From IMG/VR virus record IMGVR_UViG_3300029488_000242: 64,000 nucleotides of DNA; one strand, written 5' to 3'. Shown here piece by piece: positions 38,674 to 47,555 of this stretch. The stretch is from a virus. Taxonomy: Duplodnaviria > Heunggongvirae > Uroviricota > Caudoviricetes. The first letter of the stretch is position 1; each line of letters begins with the position of its first letter. Under the pieces are notes generated by a model. That model worked only from the letters and a program-made list of their open reading frames with translations. It was not told the DNA's origin and made no database searches. Position numbers and translations under genes: made by a program.

Positions 38674-39447
38674 ATGGCAGTATTTGTAACAGGCGATATA
38701 CATGGAAATCCTGTAAGATTAAGTAAAGATAGTTTCTATGAACAGAAAGATTTCTCTGGAAATAAAGATGAGAACATTGTAATTATTCTTGGCGATTTTG
38801 GTCTTGTATGGAACAGAGATGGTGAAAGCAAACAGGAAAAATATTGGTTGGATTGGTTAAATCAGAAATCATTCACAACTATATTTGTTGACGGAAATCA
38901 CGAATGTTTTCCAAGAATCTATAGTTATCCTATAAAAGAGTGGCGTGGTGGTAAGGTTCATGAAATTAGATCCAATGTATTACATTTAATGCGTGGCGAA
39001 GTGTTTACCATTGAAAATAAGAAATTCTTTGCATTTGGTGGTGCATCAAGTCATGATATTCAGGATGGCATTCTTGATTACAATGACGAAGATTGGAGAG
39101 AAGAAGCCAAGAAGCTTGATAAGCAAGGTAAGTATATGTATCGTATCAAGGATTTATCTTGGTGGAAAGAGGAATTGCCAACAGATGAAGAAATGCAGTA
39201 TGGACTAGAGGTTTTAAAAGAAAATAACAATATAGTTGATTATATTATTACACATAGCCCTTCTACATCAGATTTGTATCTTATGGGTGGTAAAGGATTA
39301 TATGAATCAGATATATTGACTAATTATTTGGAAGAAGTGAAAGCTACAACTGAATACAAAAAACATCTGTTTGGTCATATGCATTTAAATAAGGCAATCA
39401 ATGACAGAGATATTTGTTTGTATGAACAGATTGTTAGGATATTGTAA
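38674..39447 (+). CDS. calcineurin-like metallophosphoesterase
   Basis: GDIHGN, GDFG, GNHE, GH motifs in canonical order. Confidence 0.8.
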   Translation: MAVFVTGDIHGNPVRLSKDSFYEQKDFSGNKDENIVIILGDFGLVWNRDGESKQEKYWLDWLNQKSFTTIFVDGNHECFPRIYSYPIKEWRGGKVHEIRSNVLHLMRGEVFTIENKKFFAFGGASSHDIQDGILDYNDEDWREEAKKLDKQGKYMYRIKDLSWWKEELPTDEEMQYGLEVLKENNNIVDYIITHSPSTSDLYLMGGKGLYESDILTNYLEEVKATTEYKKHLFGHMHLNKAINDRDICLYEQIVRIL

Positions 39448-39461
39448 AGTGAGGTGAGAAT

Positions 39462-39851
39462 GTGAAAATAAAAGATAAAATACGAAATAAATTAAGAACT
39501 TGGTTCTTTGAGACTGAATTAAAGGACTTGCAAAAATCTACTATACAGATGCAAATGGCACGAAACCAATATTCAGACGCATATAGATTAGTCAATGATT
39601 GTCATCAATTAATAAATTCAATGATGGATGTCGGAACTGATATTCATTTACATAGCGACTATTCTTGGGCTGTTGTATGTATTAAAGGTCACCCAGAGTA
39701 CGTATCATTTATGCCATTATCATCTGGTGATGCTCGTGATGTAATCAGATTTTTACAACAATTCAAATATTCAGATAGGGTGATTGATTCACCTTTTGCA
39801 TTTAAAAATATGATTAATGACCATATTATGGATAATCCATTTGTAAAGTAG
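39462..39851 (+). CDS. hypothetical protein
   Basis: ORF track; RBS gaggtgag. Confidence 0.5.
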   Translation: MKIKDKIRNKLRTWFFETELKDLQKSTIQMQMARNQYSDAYRLVNDCHQLINSMMDVGTDIHLHSDYSWAVVCIKGHPEYVSFMPLSSGDARDVIRFLQQFKYSDRVIDSPFAFKNMINDHIMDNPFVK

Positions 39852-39885
39852 AGAATAATCTAATATAGAAGTAATTCTATTCAAA

Positions 39886-39904
39886 GGCTGGTCAGCCAAA
39901 TTTT
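39886..39904 (+). terminator. short hairpin ggctg-gtca-cagcc followed by AAATTTT
   Basis: seen in sequence after stop at 39851. Confidence 0.4.
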
Positions 39905-40115
39905 CCAAAAAAGTAACAAGAAATATTTTTTTCTTTATTCTCTGTCAAAATCCTTTAATCTACAGAGATTGCGCAATCATTTATCCTAGAATTTACTGTT
40001 AAACCCTTTCTTCTTAATTATTTTGTTGTAAAATCCTATGGAATTAACACGTCTGCTAAAACCATAGGAAAAAAATAATTATTGTGAGTTAAATGTATTA
40101 AGTTTATGCGATGGT

Positions 40116-41039
40116 ATGTCATGTGGACACATTGCATTAGAGAAAGCAGGATTTAATGTTGGTAAATATTTTGCATCAGAGATTAAGGACGTGGCAATTA
40201 AGGTAACAAGAGACAACTATCCTGAGACAATTCACATTGGAGATGTGAACAAGATTACATATAAAGATGGTGTATTACATACAGAAGTCGGAGACTTTGA
40301 AACAGATATTGATATTGTAATGTTTGGTAGTCCTTGTCAGAGTTTTTCAAGAGCAATGATTAAAGAGAGAAAGATTGGTCTTGAAGATCCAGAACGTTCA
40401 GGTCTGTTTTATGAGTGCAATAGAGTATTGAAAGAAGTAAATCCAAAGTATTTCCTTATGGAAAATGTAGTGATGAAACCTGAAGATGAAGCCGTTATTA
40501 GTGAAATGATGGGAGTAAAACCTATCAGAATCAATTCTTCTCTTGTAGTAGGACAGCTTAGAGATAGATATTATTGGACTAATATTCCAGGAGTAACAGT
40601 TCCAGAAGATAAAGGAGTTACTTTACAAAGTGTACTCAATGATGGATATGTACCAAACGAGAAAGCAAAATGCCTTTGCAAGAATGATTCTCACGGATAT
40701 TACAACGGCTGTTTTTGGACACCAATTAAGAGGTTTCACAGATTCTATTATAAGTCGTTTGGAACAATGGTGTTCCCATCGAAAGAGTATTTTGATAACT
40801 GTTTAGAGGTTACAAAGAGAATATTAGATGGAAGAAAATCTTCTGCAAAAATCTATGATGATTACAATGGTCATGATTTTGATGAAGCAAGATATTTATG
40901 GAAAGAAGAGAGAGCAAGATTGCAAGGAGTTCCAGAAGAATATGTAGAAAATATGACTGAAAAAGATGCGGCAGATGTTCTTGGTGATGGTTGGACTGTA
41001 CCTGTAATCGCACACATTTTCAGTTTTATGAAATTTTAA
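40116..41039 (+). CDS. DNA (cytosine-5)-methyltransferase; motif I continues in-frame upstream of the only ATG with no start codon available (N-terminus unresolved)
   Basis: GSPCQSFS (motif IV), ENV (motif VI), motif I ...LNVLSLCDG|MSCGHIALEKAGF split by the ATG; in-frame TAG at 40065-40067. Confidence 0.75.
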   Translation: MSCGHIALEKAGFNVGKYFASEIKDVAIKVTRDNYPETIHIGDVNKITYKDGVLHTEVGDFETDIDIVMFGSPCQSFSRAMIKERKIGLEDPERSGLFYECNRVLKEVNPKYFLMENVVMKPEDEAVISEMMGVKPIRINSSLVVGQLRDRYYWTNIPGVTVPEDKGVTLQSVLNDGYVPNEKAKCLCKNDSHGYYNGCFWTPIKRFHRFYYKSFGTMVFPSKEYFDNCLEVTKRILDGRKSSAKIYDDYNGHDFDEARYLWKEERARLQGVPEEYVENMTEKDAADVLGDGWTVPVIAHIFSFMKF

Positions 41040-41138
41040 CAGAGAATAACAGAATATGAAGTTCGTAGGAAAGCGGAATTTCTTCTGAGTTTTCAGAGAA
41101 TAAATACATATAAAAACAAAGAAAAGAGGATTAAATGT

Positions 41139-41444
41139 ATGAGTAAAGCTATTTTAGTGTTAGATATGCCTGGAACTTGTTGTGATTGTAATTTTTGTAG
41201 AGAAATACAAGAAGGTATTGAAGCATGTTGTGAATTAATGGATGAGCCAAATGATAATACTCTTTGTAGAATAGTTGATAGTGAAAATGGATATTGTCAA
41301 GAAAAACCAAATTGGTGTCCATTAAAAGAATTGCCAGATGAGACACACAATGATGTATATATGGATGAATATTGCGATGGTTATGATGATGGTTGGAACT
41401 CATTAAGAAAGGAAATTTTAGGCGAAGATGAGGAGAATAAATAG
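41139..41444 (+). CDS. hypothetical Cys-rich acidic protein
   Basis: ORF track; 10 Cys. Confidence 0.45.
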   Translation: MSKAILVLDMPGTCCDCNFCREIQEGIEACCELMDEPNDNTLCRIVDSENGYCQEKPNWCPLKELPDETHNDVYMDEYCDGYDDGWNSLRKEILGEDEENK

Positions 41445-41948
41445 ATGACAGTTGGTGTAAAAATATGTGAAGCAAAAGATACAATTAAGAAATACGAAAA
41501 CCTTGGGTATAGATTTGTTAGTGAAGAAAATGTGGGTGAAGGATATTTAAAACTTAACTTCAGAGATCCAATTGTTCCAGAAGAGAATAATACAACAGAT
41601 ATTCAATTTCATGAAGGTGATTATGTAGAAAATAGTGATGGCAAAGTTGGATATATTTCATCCATTTGTCATTGTGATGAGTGCAAGAGGCGTGGATTCT
41701 TTGAACCAACTATTAAATATTCCGATGGAACAACAGATTACATTAGCAATTATTCTGTTAAAACTGTTTCGTCTGATTATAAGCAGATTGGAACTCAGAA
41801 GTTTTCAACAGAAGATATATTGAAAAATAAAATAGCTGCACTTGAAAAAGAGAATAAAGAATTAACTGAAAAGGTAAATTATTTGACTGATAGAAATCAT
41901 GAATTGCTCAGTCTATGCTGCTTTTATGATATGGAAAGGAACGGATGA
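41445..41948 (+). CDS. hypothetical protein with C-terminal coiled coil
   Basis: ORF track, ATAGATG junction. Confidence 0.5.
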   Translation: MTVGVKICEAKDTIKKYENLGYRFVSEENVGEGYLKLNFRDPIVPEENNTTDIQFHEGDYVENSDGKVGYISSICHCDECKRRGFFEPTIKYSDGTTDYISNYSVKTVSSDYKQIGTQKFSTEDILKNKIAALEKENKELTEKVNYLTDRNHELLSLCCFYDMERNG

Positions 41949-41952
41949 GACA

Positions 41953-42150
41953 ATGGTAGATATTCAATGTAAAGACGGAAAATATATTATTGACGCAAGA
42001 ATTCATAGTGAAGTTGATACAAATGATATTGCAAAAGTGCAGGAAAGATTTACTTCTGATTGTGCTTATGAGTTTGCAGAAGCTATGAGAGAAGCAGTAA
42101 ACGTTAGCCATTTGGTAATGAAAGAACAAAGAAAAGAGGTAACAAAATGA
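41953..42150 (+). CDS. hypothetical protein
   Basis: ORF track frame 41899..42150; ATG after previous stop. Confidence 0.35.
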   Translation: MVDIQCKDGKYIIDARIHSEVDTNDIAKVQERFTSDCAYEFAEAMREAVNVSHLVMKEQRKEVTK

Positions 42151-42659
42151 GAGAAACATTAATTGTTGTAGATATGCAGAATGATTTTATTGATGGAACA
42201 CTTGGTACAAAGGAAGCACAGGCGATTGTATCAAATGTAGCAAAGAAAATTAAGGAGTACAAGGATGCTGGTAAACAGGTAATCTTTACAAGAGACACAC
42301 ATCCCGAGAATTATTTAGAGACATATGAAGGTATACATCTTCCTGTTACTCACTGTGTAAAGAATACTGCTGGTTGGCAGATTTCAGATAAGTTAGATTT
42401 TGATATTGATAATGACATTCTGATTGACAAAATTACTTTTGGATGGACTCATTGGGATGATTTTAGATTTGAAAGCGTTGAGATTTGCGGATTATGCACC
42501 GATATCTGCGTGATTTCAAATGCACTTATTATTAGAGCAAACTATCCTGAGATTGATATTACAGTAGATGCAAGCTGTTGTGCAGGTGTCACACCTGATA
42601 CTCACAAGGCTGCATTAGCAACTATGAAGATGTGTCAGATTGAAGTGATTGGAGAGTAG
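42147..42659 (+). CDS. pncA: isochorismatase-family cysteine hydrolase, nicotinamidase (PncA)-like
   Basis: LIVVDMQNDF start, conserved Lys and catalytic Cys (ICGLCTDICV). Confidence 0.7.
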   Translation: MRETLIVVDMQNDFIDGTLGTKEAQAIVSNVAKKIKEYKDAGKQVIFTRDTHPENYLETYEGIHLPVTHCVKNTAGWQISDKLDFDIDNDILIDKITFGWTHWDDFRFESVEICGLCTDICVISNALIIRANYPEIDITVDASCCAGVTPDTHKAALATMKMCQIEVIGE

Positions 42660-42662
42660 AAT

Positions 42663-43499
42663 ATGATTAAAATTAATGGCGATATTGTAACAATCAATAA
42701 GTTCCCAGATGGAACACCAAGAGTAAATATTGATATAAACAACATTGAGGAAGACTCTTATGATGGCTCTCCTTGTATTTGGATTGAATGGATTTATGAG
42801 AGTAACGATGAGATATTTTATCTGATGTTAGTAAAGAAACATCTTGAAAGATTTTTTACTAATGTGGATTATTATTTGTCTCTTCCATATATTCCTAATG
42901 CACGAATGGATAGAGTAAAAAATGATGATGAAGTATTCACATTGAAGTATTTTTGCGATTTTATCAATTGGTTAGGATTTTCATCAGTTTATGTTTTAGA
43001 TGCTCATAGCGATGTTTCTACTGCATTACTCAATAATTGTGTAAAAGAAAATCCAAAAGAGTATGTTGATAAAGCTATTTCAAAGATTGGTATGAGAAAT
43101 CTTGTACTTTATTTTCCAGATGCAGGTGCAGCTAAGAGATATTCAGATTTATTCCCTGAGTTACCGTATTGTTATGGTGAAAAGAAGAGAGATTGGAAGA
43201 CTGGTAAAATCCTTGGATTAGACATTAGAACAAATGGTATTGATTTGAAGGATAAAGCTGTGTTAATGATTGATGATATTATCGCATATGGCGGTTCACT
43301 TTATTATAGTGCAGAAGAATTAAAGAAACATGGTGTAACTGAGATTTATGCGTATGCAACACATACAGAGAATTCAATTCTTGATAAAGAAAAAGGAACG
43401 TTGATCAAGTCTTTGGAGAATAATACAGTGAACAGATTATTTACGACAAACAGTTTATTTAATGGTAGTCATGAAAAAATTACAGTTATGGAGGTTTAA
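42663..43499 (+). CDS. ribose-phosphate pyrophosphokinase (PRPP synthetase)-like protein; could instead be an ADPR-pyrophosphate synthetase (Adps) type
   Basis: VLDAHSD, FPDAGAAKR, PRPP-binding loop VLMIDDIIAYGGSL. Confidence 0.7.
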   Translation: MIKINGDIVTINKFPDGTPRVNIDINNIEEDSYDGSPCIWIEWIYESNDEIFYLMLVKKHLERFFTNVDYYLSLPYIPNARMDRVKNDDEVFTLKYFCDFINWLGFSSVYVLDAHSDVSTALLNNCVKENPKEYVDKAISKIGMRNLVLYFPDAGAAKRYSDLFPELPYCYGEKKRDWKTGKILGLDIRTNGIDLKDKAVLMIDDIIAYGGSLYYSAEELKKHGVTEIYAYATHTENSILDKEKGTLIKSLENNTVNRLFTTNSLFNGSHEKITVMEV

Positions 43500-43503
43500 A
43501 ATT

Positions 43504-44964
43504 ATGGATAACACAATGGCTTTATTATTATCAGATACTTATAAACAGTGTCATGATCGCATGTACCCAAATGGTTTGACTAAATTGGTGTCGTATTGGG
43601 TGCCTAGAAAATCAATGTTAGAGAATCAGAATGAAATGGTTTTCTTTGGATTACAGGCATTTATCAAAGAATATTTAATGGGATATTTTCAGAAAAATTT
43701 CTTCGATTTATCGGAAGATGAGATGCTAACTCTTTATACAGATTCGATGGACGTACAGATTGGTAGAGACAACTATGATTTAGATAAAATTGTAGAGCTT
43801 CACAGATTAAGATATTTACCACTTGAGATTAGAGCATTACCAGAAGGTACACTTGTTCCTATGGGTGTTCCTTGTATTGAGATTACAAATACGGATGATA
43901 AATTTGCTTGGCTTGTTCAGTGGATCGAATGTATTCTTCAGGTAGAATTATGGAAGCCTTGTTGTCATGCAACTATCGGTCATATGTATCGTGAGATTGC
44001 AGATTATTGGTATAACAAGACAACAGACGGGTTGCCTGGAAATATGGCTTGTGCAGATTTTGGCATGAGAGGAATGTCTTGTATGGATGAAGCTACAAGA
44101 TGTTCAGCATCATGGTTGCTTTCATTTAATAAGACATCTACAATTCCAGCAATTAATTATATTGATAGATATTACAATGCCGATTGTAAGAATAATGGTA
44201 TTGGAATCGGTGCTGTCTCAACTGAGCATTCTGTAATGGGGGCTAATTTCTCAATTGATGGAGATGAGATTACGTTCGTTAAGAGACTTTTAACAGAGTT
44301 ATATCCAAATACATCATTTAGTATGGTTTCAGATACTTATGATTATTGGAATATGGTAAATAATATTCTTCCACAGTGTAAAGAAGAGATTATGAATCAT
44401 AATGGAAAGCTCTTGGTTCGTCCTGATAGTGGTGATATTGTAGAGATTTCAGTTAAGACAGTTGAAAGGTTATGGGAGATTTTTGGTGGTTCTGTAAATG
44501 GTAAAGGTTATAAGGTATTAAATCCGCATATCGGTATTATTTATGGTGATGGCTGCACACTTTCTAATGTAGAAACTATTTGGAAAGAATTAGAAAAGCG
44601 TGGTTTCGCAGCTAATAATATTGCTTATGGTGTAGGAGCTTTTTGCTTCACTGCAATCGTTGAAAATGGCAAGATGATTGTTGTTACAAGAGATACTTTT
44701 GGTATTGCAATGAAAGCTACATATGGAGTAATTGATGGTAAGAAGTTAATGATTTTCAAAGATCCTAAGACAGATACGAGTCACTTAAAGAAATCTCATA
44801 AAGGATGTTGTAGAGTATACGATGATAACGGTGAATTAAAGTGTCAAGATCAGTTACTTGAAATGAGTGATAACAGTTTACTTACTACCGTATTTAAAGA
44901 TGGAGAGTTAGTAAGAGAAGATACATTTGCGGATATCAGAAACAGAATGTACGGAGGTAAGTAA
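43504..44964 (+). CDS. nadV: nicotinamide phosphoribosyltransferase (NadV/NAMPT family)
   Basis: N-terminal LLLSDTYKQCH signature, ~486 aa; RBS ggagg. Confidence 0.8.
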   Translation: MDNTMALLLSDTYKQCHDRMYPNGLTKLVSYWVPRKSMLENQNEMVFFGLQAFIKEYLMGYFQKNFFDLSEDEMLTLYTDSMDVQIGRDNYDLDKIVELHRLRYLPLEIRALPEGTLVPMGVPCIEITNTDDKFAWLVQWIECILQVELWKPCCHATIGHMYREIADYWYNKTTDGLPGNMACADFGMRGMSCMDEATRCSASWLLSFNKTSTIPAINYIDRYYNADCKNNGIGIGAVSTEHSVMGANFSIDGDEITFVKRLLTELYPNTSFSMVSDTYDYWNMVNNILPQCKEEIMNHNGKLLVRPDSGDIVEISVKTVERLWEIFGGSVNGKGYKVLNPHIGIIYGDGCTLSNVETIWKELEKRGFAANNIAYGVGAFCFTAIVENGKMIVVTRDTFGIAMKATYGVIDGKKLMIFKDPKTDTSHLKKSHKGCCRVYDDNGELKCQDQLLEMSDNSLLTTVFKDGELVREDTFADIRNRMYGGK

Positions 44965-45425
44965 TGATTAAAATTATTGATGGAGACTTGCTCACTTCGA
45001 ACACTGATATTATTGCGCACCAGGTTAATTGCAAAGGTGCTTTTAATTCTGGTGTTGCAAAAGCGATCCGTGATTATGATGCGCAAGTATATAAAGATTA
45101 TCATAGTTTTTGTTCGATTAACACACCTGAACAATTATTGGGTTCTGTTAGATATTTTCAGTCTAATATTGACGCAAGAATATATGCAAATTTATTTGCA
45201 CAAAAATCATATGGCTATGACGGAAAACAGTATACAGATATTAATGCTTTAAGAAAATGTTTTGAAAATTTGAGATCATATGCAGTTTTGGAAAATATGA
45301 GTATTGCAATGCCATATAAAATTGGATGTGTTCGTGGCGGTGCAAATTGGGAAGAAGTGTATCAAATGATAAATGATATATTTGAAAATTGTAATATTGA
45401 ATTATGGAGGTTAGATAAAGGATGA
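44964..45425 (+). CDS. macro-domain protein (ADP-ribose / ADPR-1''-phosphate processing type)
   Basis: IIDGDLLTSNTDIIAHQVNCKGAFNSGVAKAIR matches macro-domain N-terminal motif; ATGA overlap with nadV. Confidence 0.7.
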   Translation: MIKIIDGDLLTSNTDIIAHQVNCKGAFNSGVAKAIRDYDAQVYKDYHSFCSINTPEQLLGSVRYFQSNIDARIYANLFAQKSYGYDGKQYTDINALRKCFENLRSYAVLENMSIAMPYKIGCVRGGANWEEVYQMINDIFENCNIELWRLDKG

Positions 45426-46180
45426 GTAATTTTGATGCTAAGAAAGTAAAGAATGAGATCGTAGAGTGGATTAGAGATTGGTTTGAACAGAATGGTAAAG
45501 ATTGTATGGCAGTAGTTGGAATTTCTGGCGGTAAGGATTCAAGCGTTGTTGCTGGCTTATGTTGTGAAGCTCTTGGAAAAGATAGAGTTTTTGGTGTAAT
45601 GATGCCACAGGGAGAACAGCCAGATATTGATTATTCTCGAATGCTTATAGACCATCTTGGAATCGACAGTTGTGTTGTAAATATAGGCAATACAGTTCGC
45701 ACTTTAAAGCATGAGATTAAACCACAGTTGGGAGATCATTGGTCAAAGCAGACTTCTACAAATCTCCCTGCTCGTATTCGTATGACTACGCTTTATGCAG
45801 TATCGCAGACAGTAAATGGTCGTGTCGCTAATACGTGTAATCTTTCAGAAACATTACTATCTTGGGAAACCAGATGGGGTGATGCAGTTGGAGATTTTGC
45901 ACCAATTAGCGACTTAACAGTAAAAGAAGTGAAAGCTATTGGATATGAACTTGGATTGCCAAATGAATTAATCGAAAAAATTCCGTCTGATGGACTGTGT
46001 GGAAGTACAGATGAAGATGCATTGGGATTTAAATACTCTGTTATGGATAGATATATTAGAACAGGCGAGATTGACGACAAAGATATTAAAAAGAAAATTG
46101 ATAATCGAGTAGAAAAATATCGGTTTAAGAGAATGCCTATTCCTTATTATAAAACAGGTATGGAAAGATATGTAGACTAA
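45422..46180 (+). CDS. nadE: NH3-dependent NAD+ synthetase (NadE)
   Basis: PP-loop VVGISGGKDSSV (SGGxDS) and overall NadE-like layout. Confidence 0.85.
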   Translation: MSNFDAKKVKNEIVEWIRDWFEQNGKDCMAVVGISGGKDSSVVAGLCCEALGKDRVFGVMMPQGEQPDIDYSRMLIDHLGIDSCVVNIGNTVRTLKHEIKPQLGDHWSKQTSTNLPARIRMTTLYAVSQTVNGRVANTCNLSETLLSWETRWGDAVGDFAPISDLTVKEVKAIGYELGLPNELIEKIPSDGLCGSTDEDALGFKYSVMDRYIRTGEIDDKDIKKKIDNRVEKYRFKRMPIPYYKTGMERYVD

Positions 46181-46181
46181 A

Positions 46182-47381
46182 ATGGCAGAAGACTTAACTA
46201 ATTTACAATTTGGAAAATTAACAGTCATCAAACGTGGAGACAACGATAAAAGCGGACATGTGAGATGGTGGTGTAAATGTGACTGTGGCAACCCTAAATT
46301 GATTTTAGTTGCCGCAGGACATTTAAAATCAGGACATACTCAATCATGTGGATGTATAAGAAGAGATAATATTAAACCACAAAAGAATTTAGAAGGAAAA
46401 AGATTTGGGAAATTAATTGTAAAAGAATTTCTTGGTATAAAAAATCATAGATCATTATGGAGTTGTGATTGTGATTGTGGTAAGAAAATTAACGCTTTAT
46501 CATCGTCTTTAACTTCTGGAAAACTTAAGTCATGTGGATGTTTATCTTCTGTAGCTGAGTTCGAATTAAGCCAGTTCTTGACAGATGAACAAATTATATT
46601 TGATACGCAATATAAGTTTGATGATTGTAAATATAAAAGAAGATTGCCATTCGATTTTACAATTTTTCATCCACAAAATAAGAAACTCTTATTTTTAATT
46701 GAACTACATGGAGAACAGCATTATTTTCCGTTTACATTTAATAGTGAGTCTGATATGCAAAAGAAGGAAAATTTTTTGCATAGAAAACATTTGGATAAAT
46801 TAAAAGAAGATTATTGTAGTGAAAATAATATTCCATTGTTAATTATTAGATATACAAATTTTCAAACAAAAGAAAAAATTGTAAAAGGGTTTTATGAAAA
46901 GCTCTTGCAAAAGAATATTACATTTGATGATTATATATTTTCATCAAAACAAATAAAGGATGATTTACAAGTAAAGCATAAACGTGTCTATAAAAGAAAA
47001 GTAGTCCAAATAGATATACCCAACAAGAATATTATAAGAGAATATAATAGTATGGAAGAGGCATATAAGATAACTGGAATATCATCTGGACAGATTTCGG
47101 ATTGTTGTAAGGGTAATTGTAAAACAGCAGGTGGATATGCTTGGGCATATAATAACGGAAACGTTAATATTGAAGAAGTAATTAAACGTGCAACAATTCC
47201 AAATAGAACAAATGCAGTTGTGATTTTCCAAAAAGATAAAAATGGAAATATTATAAAAGAGTGGCAAAGTATAACAGAAGCAGCACATTCTTTGGGAGTA
47301 AGTCATCAAGGTATTCAAGCGTGTTGTTCAGGAAAGCAGAAAACTTGTAAAGGATTTGTTTGGAATTATAAGAAAGATTGA
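46182..47381 (+). CDS. homing-endonuclease-like protein: two Zn-ribbon (W-C-x-C-x-CG...SCGC) repeats + Vsr/DUF559-like PD-(D/E)xK core + two C-terminal NUMOD/IENR-type DNA-binding repeats
   Basis: WWCKCDCG...SCGC x2; PFDFTIFHP...IELHGEQHY; EAYKITGISSGQISDCCKGNCKTAGGYAWAY and EAAHSLGVSHQGIQACCSGKQKTCKGFVWNY. Confidence 0.55.
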   Translation: MAEDLTNLQFGKLTVIKRGDNDKSGHVRWWCKCDCGNPKLILVAAGHLKSGHTQSCGCIRRDNIKPQKNLEGKRFGKLIVKEFLGIKNHRSLWSCDCDCGKKINALSSSLTSGKLKSCGCLSSVAEFELSQFLTDEQIIFDTQYKFDDCKYKRRLPFDFTIFHPQNKKLLFLIELHGEQHYFPFTFNSESDMQKKENFLHRKHLDKLKEDYCSENNIPLLIIRYTNFQTKEKIVKGFYEKLLQKNITFDDYIFSSKQIKDDLQVKHKRVYKRKVVQIDIPNKNIIREYNSMEEAYKITGISSGQISDCCKGNCKTAGGYAWAYNNGNVNIEEVIKRATIPNRTNAVVIFQKDKNGNIIKEWQSITEAAHSLGVSHQGIQACCSGKQKTCKGFVWNYKKD

Positions 47382-47450
47382 TTCAATGCATGAGAAAAAT
47401 CTGTTTAAATTACAGCTAATGCCAAGTTTTGTGTATCAGGCGTAAATGAG

Positions 47451-47498
47451 ATACTATATATAGTGTTTATAGAAAATATAGACACTATATATAGTAAT
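47451..47498. promoter_or_regulatory. paired palindromic boxes atACTATATATAGTgt-N15-acACTATATATAGTaat
   Basis: seen in sequence; ~31-bp centre-to-centre. Confidence 0.6.
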
Positions 47499-47555
47499 AT
47501 TTTTACCAAGAAACATAGATTTCTTTTGGAGAATATATTAGCAGGAGGTGATGCG

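Noticed and set aside
39852-40115. Group I intron or inteln-like insertion explaining the missing N-terminus of the C5-MTase
   Set aside because: Region is only ~265 nt, AT-rich and without recognisable P/Q/R/S-type pairing that I could see. Cannot be supported from sequence alone.
42663-44964. Definitive assignment of the Prs-like/NadV-like pair to the Adps/Namat (ADPR-PP) pathway versus the classical PRPP pathway
   Set aside because: Motifs are shared by both enzyme families. It cannot be resolved without phylogeny or biochemistry, so both are stated as possibilities.
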